Both the position numbers and the translations under genes were made by a program. From Gemmatimonadota bacterium (GTDB taxonomy: Bacteria; Gemmatimonadota; Gemmatimonadetes; Longimicrobiales; Gaopeijiaceae), in assembly GCA_039589315.1 (NCBI GenBank), contig JBDHHQ010000079.1, positions 1-21,425 on the forward strand: a stretch of 21,425 nucleotides of DNA, given 5' to 3'. The notes below the pieces were generated by a model. It saw only the letters and a list, made by a program, of their open reading frames with translations. It was not told the DNA's origin and made no database searches. Shown here in pieces: positions 13,126 to 21,425 of this stretch (position 1 is the stretch's first letter; every line of letters begins with the position of its first letter).

Positions 13126-13833
13126 GTGAAGGTCTCTGTATTCATGCCCACATACAACCAGGACGGGTTCCTGCTCAAGGCCCTCGACGGACTCCGCGCC
13201 CAGACGCTCCAGGACTTCGAGCTGGTCGTCTGCAACGACGCCAGCGCAGACGAGACGAAGGGGATCCTGGACGCCATGGGACAGGTCGGCGTGGCCACCC
13301 AGGTCCGCACGCATGAGAAGAACCGCGGGAGCGCCGAGGCGATAAACACCTGCATGCAGGGCGCGCAGGGCAAGTACTGGACCTGGGTCAGCTCCGACAA
13401 CGTCATGACCCCGAACTGGCTCGAGGCTCTCGTGGCCGAGCTGGACGGCAACGCCGCCCTCGGAGCCGTGTTCTCGGCCTTTACCATGATCAGGCCAGGC
13501 GGGAGTCGGCGCGGGATCTTCAAGCGCGGTGGATACCGGCCTGGCGACCTGATCAGCTCGGAGAACTGCTTCTTTGGGCCCAGCTTCCTGATCCGCGGCG
13601 AGGTCTGGAAGGCGGTGGGCGGCCACCGGGGGCGCACGTCCCACGACTACGACCACTGGACCCGGGTCGAGGAGGAGTGCTGGCGACGCGAACTGGGGAT
13701 CAGGTTCCTGCCCGTGTCACTGTGCGACTACTACACCGGGCCGTGGCAAGCGACGGTAGCCAGGAAGAGTGAATACGACGCCGGGCGCTGGAGAGCCGAA
13801 GCGATCAAAAGGAGGGCTGGTGAAGACTCCTAA
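13126..13833 (+). CDS. Glycosyltransferase family 2, paralog of 9002..9880
   Basis: GTG 13126 after GAGGAGG. VSVFMPTYN, ELVVCNDASADET, TWVSSDN, HRGRTSHDYDHW. Confidence 0.92.
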   Translation: MKVSVFMPTYNQDGFLLKALDGLRAQTLQDFELVVCNDASADETKGILDAMGQVGVATQVRTHEKNRGSAEAINTCMQGAQGKYWTWVSSDNVMTPNWLEALVAELDGNAALGAVFSAFTMIRPGGSRRGIFKRGGYRPGDLISSENCFFGPSFLIRGEVWKAVGGHRGRTSHDYDHWTRVEEECWRRELGIRFLPVSLCDYYTGPWQATVARKSEYDAGRWRAEAIKRRAGEDS

Positions 13834-14602
13834 GCGAGCGGTCTTCTTCTGGTCGTCCCCTACCGTGCCATGGATTCGCTGGGCGAGTCCGGTGACCTTT
13901 AAGCTCATGCATCCTGACTGGGAGGTCTTGTTCTTTACAGACGCAGAAAACCCCCCGCCCCCGTGGGGCGGGATCAAGATTCTCCCAATCGAGCGTCCGC
14001 CAGCCGTGCCGGAGAAGGCGTGGAAAAGACTCGGGCCGGCAGTCAGGAGCGACCTCTGGCGGTGGTGGCGTCTCGGAGAGCATGGAGGCCTCTACTCCGA
14101 TACAGACGTGATCTTCTGCGGGAGTGTGCAGAGTCTTATCGACGGCCTTGACGACCAGGGGGCAGAGTGCGGCTTGACTCTGGATTGTGGGACGCGCATG
14201 GGTCGCGCCGGCCTGTCCATTGGCGTGGTGACCTCTCATGCAGGATGCAAGCTGTTCAAACGCGCGGCCGAATGGCTGGTGGACGGAGCCGGGTCTTACC
14301 AGTCGTGCGGCACGCGCGGGTTGATACGCATGTGGCCCCGCTTGGTCGAGGGAGTGAATGTCGGGAGGCTGCCAGGCTGGTTGTTCTATCCCTTCGAGGG
14401 AAACACCTCAAGAATAGGCCGGGTCTGGTCCAGCGCACACAAGCTCCCGGAAGGGTGCCTGGCGATTCACTGGTACGGAGGCCGCAAGGTTGTCCAAACC
14501 GGGTACGAGCACCTGCAAGAATGCCCAGTCAAGGATGCTTTGGTGAAGGCGGGCTGGCCCGCCACCGGGTGCCCGAACAGCGATGAGTCCTGTCGTTCCT
14601 GA
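13820..14602 (+). CDS. DxD glycosyltransferase, GT32/Gly_transf_sug-like, paralog of 12261..13115
   Basis: GTG 13820 after AGGAGG. VFFW, HPDW, RSDLWRWWRLGEHGGLYSDTDVI, AIHWYGG. Confidence 0.85.
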   Translation: MKTPKRAVFFWSSPTVPWIRWASPVTFKLMHPDWEVLFFTDAENPPPPWGGIKILPIERPPAVPEKAWKRLGPAVRSDLWRWWRLGEHGGLYSDTDVIFCGSVQSLIDGLDDQGAECGLTLDCGTRMGRAGLSIGVVTSHAGCKLFKRAAEWLVDGAGSYQSCGTRGLIRMWPRLVEGVNVGRLPGWLFYPFEGNTSRIGRVWSSAHKLPEGCLAIHWYGGRKVVQTGYEHLQECPVKDALVKAGWPATGCPNSDESCRS

Positions 14603-14607
14603 TAGAT

Positions 14608-14627
14608 AACCTCTTGCAAGAGAGGTT
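14608..14627 (+). promoter_or_regulatory. Hairpin/palindrome overlapping the RBS of the sugar-biosynthesis genes
   Basis: AACCTCT-TGCAAG-AGAGGTT is a 7-bp inverted repeat; CTCTTGCAAGAG (14611-14622) is a perfect 12-bp palindrome; the SD-like GAGG lies in the 3' arm. Confidence 0.45.
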
Positions 14628-14632
14628 CATAC

Positions 14633-15748
14633 ATGAACGACATGCTTAGCAACAAGGGCATCTTGGTCACCGGAGGAACGGGAAGCCTAGGCCAGGTCCT
14701 GATCCGTCGAATCCTCGCCGGCGAATGGGGGGAGCCGAGCTTTGTGCGCGTCCTCTCCAGGGACGAGGGCAAGCAGCACAAAATGCGCGTGGCGTTTTCC
14801 AAGCTCGCAGATAGCGAGGAGGAGGTCGGGTTGATCTTTCGCTCGATTGCCGGCACCGACGGCCTGCTCCGGTTCGTGATCGGCGACGTCAGGGACAAGG
14901 ACACGCTGAGGTGTGCGCTAACCGGCGTGGACGTCGTCTTCAACGCCGCGGCGCTCAAGCAAGTCCCGTCCTGCGAGTACTACCCCTGGGAGGCGGTGCG
15001 CACGAACGTGGGCGGCGCGCAGGCTCTTGTCCAGGCCGTAATCGAGTCGTTCCCTCGCCCGCAGGTTGTGATCGGGATCAGCACCGACAAGGCCTGCAAG
15101 CCGGTCAACGTCATGGGCATGACCAAGGCGATCCAGGAGCGGGTCTTCCAGAAGGCCAACCTCGACTGTGAGGGCGTGCGCTTCCTCTGCGTGCGCTACG
15201 GGAACGTGCTGGCTTCACGCGGGAGCGTAATCCCGCTCTTCCACCACCAAATTGCCAAGGGTGGCCCTGTGACGGTGACCGACAAGCGCATGACCCGCTT
15301 CTTCCTCACCCTCGACCAGGCTGTGGACACGGTCATGTTCGCCCTCGAGAAGGGCCTCCCCGGAGACACGATCATTCCGCGCGTGCGGGGAGCTCGGATT
15401 TGGGACCTGGCCGAGCAAATGGTCGACTCGCTCGACTCGCTCGACTCGCTCCCGATCGTGGAGACCGAGATCCGCCCAGGAGAGAAGCTCCACGAAGAGC
15501 TCATCTCGACCGAGGAGGCCTCGCGCACGGTCACGGACGGCCCGGACTACTACGCGATCCGGTCCGTGCTCCCCGAGGTGCGCGACCGTGACAGCGGGGT
15601 CTTGCGGGTGCGTCCTGTGGCAACGCTTGAGAACGGAGCCTACTCATCCAAGGACGACCTCATGGGCGGACAAGAGGTCCGCGAGTTGCTCGCCAAGCAC
15701 AGACTGCTCGATCCGAGCCTCGCTGAGGCCGAGGAGGTGCTCCGGTGA
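14633..15748 (+). CDS. fnlA: UDP-GlcNAc 4,6-dehydratase/5-epimerase (FnlA/CapE/WbjB type)
   Basis: ILVTGGTGSLG, SRDEGKQ, AAALKQVPSCE, STDKA, MGMTKA (Met at the catalytic position, as in CapE/WbjB, rather than Tyr as in PseB), RYGNVLASRGSVIPLF, MTRF, IRPGEKLHEEL. Confidence 0.9.
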   Translation: MNDMLSNKGILVTGGTGSLGQVLIRRILAGEWGEPSFVRVLSRDEGKQHKMRVAFSKLADSEEEVGLIFRSIAGTDGLLRFVIGDVRDKDTLRCALTGVDVVFNAAALKQVPSCEYYPWEAVRTNVGGAQALVQAVIESFPRPQVVIGISTDKACKPVNVMGMTKAIQERVFQKANLDCEGVRFLCVRYGNVLASRGSVIPLFHHQIAKGGPVTVTDKRMTRFFLTLDQAVDTVMFALEKGLPGDTIIPRVRGARIWDLAEQMVDSLDSLDSLPIVETEIRPGEKLHEELISTEEASRTVTDGPDYYAIRSVLPEVRDRDSGVLRVRPVATLENGAYSSKDDLMGGQEVRELLAKHRLLDPSLAEAEEVLR

Positions 15749-16695
15749 TCGTCCTCGTTGTCGGCGGCTCGGGCATGCTCGGGACTGCCCTGGTCAGCGT
15801 CCTTGGCAAGGATCCCGGGGTAGAGCTCTACGCCACTCGCCGCACGGCCGCCCTGGTGCCGCCGTGCGGAGTGAAAGAGTGGTTCCGCTTTCGGGCTGGC
15901 TGCGGAGAATTCCCGCCGCTGCTCGAGCTCGGGCCTGAGGACTGGATCGTCAATGCCGCCGGCGCCATTCCGCAGCGCCCACTCGCGCATGCTGGCGCGC
16001 TGGGAATGGTCCAGGCCAACGCCCTGCTCCCCTACGAGCTGGCCCAAGTCTGCGACAAGACGGGGGCCCGCATGGTCAACGTCGCAACGGACTGCGTGTT
16101 CAGCGGCAGCAGCAATCACCGCGCCGCATACAACTTCTACCGCGAACGCGACGTCCACGACGCAAAGCAGTTCTACGGCCGCACCAAGAGCATGGGCGAG
16201 GTCCTGCACAACCGCCGCGCCCTCAACCTCCGTTGCTCGATCGTTGGGCCCGAGCCTGGGGGTCGTGGCAACGCGCTGCTGGACTGGTTCCTAAGCCACC
16301 CACGCACGACCCCGATCACAGGCTACGGGGACCACCTGTGGAACGGGGTTACGACCCTGGCCCTGTCCAGGGTGATCCAGGCGGTGATCAGGAACGCCGA
16401 AGATCTCGACTTCGGGGCCCTCCCCAGGGTCCACCATCTGGTCCCGAAGGGCCAGATCTCGAAAGCCTGCCTGCTCAGGCTCTTCGCCAGGCACTTCGAC
16501 GTACCCAGCAAGGTCGAGGTCCGCAACGTGGGTGAGGTTGACAGAACCCTCGGGACCTCCCACCCAGAACTCAACAATCGCCTCTGGGTGCTGGCAGGAT
16601 ACGAGGTCCCGCCTACGATAGAAGAGATGGTCGCCGAGCTTGCCCGCTGGGTACGCTCGGGTGGCTACTTGTTCAGGAAGGAGGTGCCCAAGTGA
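15745..16695 (+). CDS. NDP-4-keto-6-deoxyhexose reductase, RmlD-like SDR (QnlA/WbvR type)
   Basis: VLVVGGSGMLG, IVNAAG, NALLPYEL, ATDCVFSG, YGRTKSMGE (YxxxK), LRCSIVGPE, WNGVTT; no C-terminal cupin domain. Confidence 0.87.
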   Translation: MIVLVVGGSGMLGTALVSVLGKDPGVELYATRRTAALVPPCGVKEWFRFRAGCGEFPPLLELGPEDWIVNAAGAIPQRPLAHAGALGMVQANALLPYELAQVCDKTGARMVNVATDCVFSGSSNHRAAYNFYRERDVHDAKQFYGRTKSMGEVLHNRRALNLRCSIVGPEPGGRGNALLDWFLSHPRTTPITGYGDHLWNGVTTLALSRVIQAVIRNAEDLDFGALPRVHHLVPKGQISKACLLRLFARHFDVPSKVEVRNVGEVDRTLGTSHPELNNRLWVLAGYEVPPTIEEMVAELARWVRSGGYLFRKEVPK

Positions 16696-17798
16696 AGGTC
16701 ATGACGATCGCTGGCACCAGGCCAGAGCTCATTCGCCTGAGCCGGGTCATTCCGGCTTTGGACGAGGTCTGCGACCACACCTTCATCTGGACAGGCCAGA
16801 ACTACGACCCCAAGCTGAGCGACATCTTCTTCGAGGACCTGGGCGTGCGGAGCCCAGACGAATCCATGTTCACCCCGGACATGCGCTTCGCCAGCTCCAT
16901 GGACTGGGTCGGGTCTCTAATCGGGTTCGTGCCCAAGTTCTTCAAGGCGTACGCGCCAGACAAGGTTCTGATCCTGGGCGACACCAACAGCGCCATGTCG
17001 GCCTACGTTGCCAAGCGCATGGGGATCCCCGTCTACCACATGGAGGCCGGGAATCGCTGCCACGACGACCGAGTTCCCGAGGAAGTCAATCGGCGCGTGG
17101 TCGACGCATGCTCGAACATCCTCATGCCCTACACCCAGGGTGCTAGGGAGAACCTCTTGGCCGAGGGCTATCCGTGCCGGCGGATCTACGTCACCGGAAA
17201 CCCGATCCAGGAGGTCCTCGACTACTACCGCAAGCAGCGCCAGGAATCGGACGTGCTTGAGCGTCTGGGCGTGGCACCGCGCAAGTTCATTCTGGCGACA
17301 GCTCACCGGGCAGAGAACGTGGACGATCCGGAGCGACTGCAGTCGATCGCTGAGGCGCTCTACCTCTGCGCCAAGCAGTTCGAGTTGCCGGTGATCGTTT
17401 CCACGCACCCGCGCACGCGCGATCGCCTAGAGGTCAAGCCTGCGATCAAGGGTTCCATCCTGACCCAGGAGGTCCGGTGGTTGGAACCCATGGGGTTCCA
17501 CGACTTCACCCGCCTTGAGCAGGAAGCGGCCCTGGTGATCACCGACAGCGGGACCTGCCAAGAAGAGGCCTGCCTCTTCCACGTCCCAGCGGTCACAATC
17601 CGCGAGTCCACCGAGCGTCCCGAGACGGTTGCTTGCGGGTCCAACATCGTCGCTGGCGTCAGGCCCCTCGATGTCATGGAAGCCGTGGCCTCGTTCCTCA
17701 AGTCCGAGCACGTCGGCTGGCCAGTGCCTGCGGAGTACCTCGAGCCCGCTTGCTCGAAGAACGTCGTCAGGATCCTCCTGAGCAAGGAGGCCCCGTGA
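16692..17798 (+). CDS. fnlC: Non-hydrolysing UDP-HexNAc 2-epimerase (WecB family; FnlC/CapG/WbjD subgroup)
   Basis: MKVMTIAGTRPELIRLSRVI, TGQNYD, LILGDTNS, HMEAGNRC.D.RVPEEVNRR, TAHRAENVD, STHPRT, ITDSGT, RESTERPE. Confidence 0.9.
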   Translation: MKVMTIAGTRPELIRLSRVIPALDEVCDHTFIWTGQNYDPKLSDIFFEDLGVRSPDESMFTPDMRFASSMDWVGSLIGFVPKFFKAYAPDKVLILGDTNSAMSAYVAKRMGIPVYHMEAGNRCHDDRVPEEVNRRVVDACSNILMPYTQGARENLLAEGYPCRRIYVTGNPIQEVLDYYRKQRQESDVLERLGVAPRKFILATAHRAENVDDPERLQSIAEALYLCAKQFELPVIVSTHPRTRDRLEVKPAIKGSILTQEVRWLEPMGFHDFTRLEQEAALVITDSGTCQEEACLFHVPAVTIRESTERPETVACGSNIVAGVRPLDVMEAVASFLKSEHVGWPVPAEYLEPACSKNVVRILLSKEAP

Positions 17799-19141
17799 CC
17801 AACACCTTCGAGAACAAAGACGTCCTGGTGATCGGCAAGAACTCGTTCTCCACCGCAGCCCTGGCGTTGGAGAGTGGCGCGGCCCTAGTCGAGGTCATGC
17901 CGTCCAGGCCAGGATCTCCTGACGAGGTCGACAAGCTCCTGTCCTGGGAGGGCCGCAGGTCCTGGGCGAGTTCGGGGAAGGTCCAGGTCCGTAACGTCGC
18001 GGGCACCACCCTCGAGGACGAGGACGCCTGGCACGACGTCGTGATCTCGGGGGTTGGGCAGGCCGACCTACCCGAGGTCTTGCGCCGAGCGCAGCGCGCG
18101 TCTCGGGGCCAGGTGCGACTCTTCAAGAACGCGGTCGACTGGGACCAGGACGTGGAGGTCCTGCGACCGACGCCGGCGGTTGAGCTCGACACGCGCGCTG
18201 AGCGCAAGGTCATGCTCCACGTCCACAACGTGCGGCGCTGTGGCGGGACGGGGAACTTCGTCTACGACATGGCGCGCTGCTTCGACCGGTTCGACCACGT
18301 CGCGATCTGCGTGAACGACGCCGCTGGCGACCCGCTCTGGATCCGCGACGTCCAGGGTGTCATGAGGACCATGTACGCCCCCCAGCTTACCGAGGCGCTC
18401 CTTGAGGAGCTCAACCCGAGGGTGGTGGTCTTGCACGCGACGTCCGGCGGGAAGCTCGCCGGCGAATGGCCTTACTCGTGGCTCCAGGCAGGCGGCAAGC
18501 GGTACGTAATCCGCGTCCACCACATTCCGACGCGCCCAATCTTGCCTGCCGATCTCAGCGTGTTCGTGAGCGAGCATGTCAAGTGGACGTTCTACAAGCA
18601 GTTCATTGGAAAGCAGGTCAAGCGGCATATCGTCATGCCGCCCTGCACCGACCTCAGGCCCTACGCAAAGATCCCTGCCCGCACTGCGTTTCCGAAGGTC
18701 GCCACAACGGGCGGCAAGGCCTGCGCCGAAATGCAGGAGATCATGAAGGGTGATCTCAGCGACTGGTCATGGGACTCGAAGCCTCCCGGGCGTGTCGGCC
18801 AGTTCGCTGGATACCTCGGACGGTTCCCCTTCGCGGTGATTTGGTCCGGGCACCAAGAGACGTGGTGCCGCACCGTCAGCGAGGCGCTCGCCGCAGGCTG
18901 CGTCGTGATCGGCCACCGTGCCGGCGCGATCCCCGAGCAGATCAAGCACGGCGAGAACGGCTACCTGTTCAGCGACGGCGCCGAGCTCGTCAAGCTCCTG
19001 CGCGAACTGCAGAGCACGGCCCCGCTGCGCCTCGAGGAAGTCACTCGCGCCGGCCGCGAGTGGGCACTCAAGACCGTGGGCTTCCCGTTCATGAAGGCGG
19101 CCCTCTACCCGTACCTCACCGAAGCCCTCATGGAGGCATAA
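17795..19141 (+). CDS. Glycosyltransferase family 4 (GT-B) with an extra, degenerate Rossmann/methyltransferase-like N-terminal domain
   Basis: Start reassigned to GTG 17795 after AAGGAGG (GTGA overlap). KVMLHVHN...GGTG and ETWCRTVSEALAAGCVVIGHRAGAIPEQIKHGENGYLF (E-x7-E). Confidence 0.85.
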   Translation: MTNTFENKDVLVIGKNSFSTAALALESGAALVEVMPSRPGSPDEVDKLLSWEGRRSWASSGKVQVRNVAGTTLEDEDAWHDVVISGVGQADLPEVLRRAQRASRGQVRLFKNAVDWDQDVEVLRPTPAVELDTRAERKVMLHVHNVRRCGGTGNFVYDMARCFDRFDHVAICVNDAAGDPLWIRDVQGVMRTMYAPQLTEALLEELNPRVVVLHATSGGKLAGEWPYSWLQAGGKRYVIRVHHIPTRPILPADLSVFVSEHVKWTFYKQFIGKQVKRHIVMPPCTDLRPYAKIPARTAFPKVATTGGKACAEMQEIMKGDLSDWSWDSKPPGRVGQFAGYLGRFPFAVIWSGHQETWCRTVSEALAAGCVVIGHRAGAIPEQIKHGENGYLFSDGAELVKLLRELQSTAPLRLEEVTRAGREWALKTVGFPFMKAALYPYLTEALMEA

Positions 19142-19142
19142 C

Positions 19143-21425
<2,283 letters not shown>

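Noticed and set aside
9002..19141. Ordinary O-antigen or capsule locus
   Set aside because: No wzx, wzy, wzz, wzm/wzt or initiating transferase in the window, and the cassette is bounded on both sides by non-envelope genes. Export genes elsewhere cannot be excluded.

Overview
GC-rich window with about 23 tightly packed, often translationally coupled CDSs, all on the + strand. It has four parts. (1) A PP-loop/PAPS-reductase-family enzyme with a Lys/Ala-rich, histone-H1-like N-terminus (3-1841). (2) A block of Thr-rich, acidic collagen-like proteins built from shuffled shared end domains, plus a YTG-repeat protein and small unknowns (1885-8973). (3) A ~10 kb glycosylation cassette (9002-19141): two paralogous GT2s, another GT-A enzyme, two paralogous GT32-like enzymes, a GT4, a SAM methyltransferase, a P-loop kinase-methyltransferase fusion, and a three-gene FnlA / RmlD-like reductase / FnlC-type pathway for a UDP-2-acetamido-2,6-dideoxy-L-hexose. 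(4) More collagen-like fibre genes running off the right edge (19464->21425). I see no flippase, polymerase, ABC exporter, initiating phosphoglycosyltransferase or signal peptide. The best reading, which is inference, is a self-contained system for making glycosylated collagen fibres in the cytoplasm. It is probably viral (large phage or prophage virion decoration), but a spore-surface, BclA-like locus is not excluded. No capsid, terminase or integrase gene is in the window, so viral origin is unproven. All family calls come from motif recognition by eye, without database searches.
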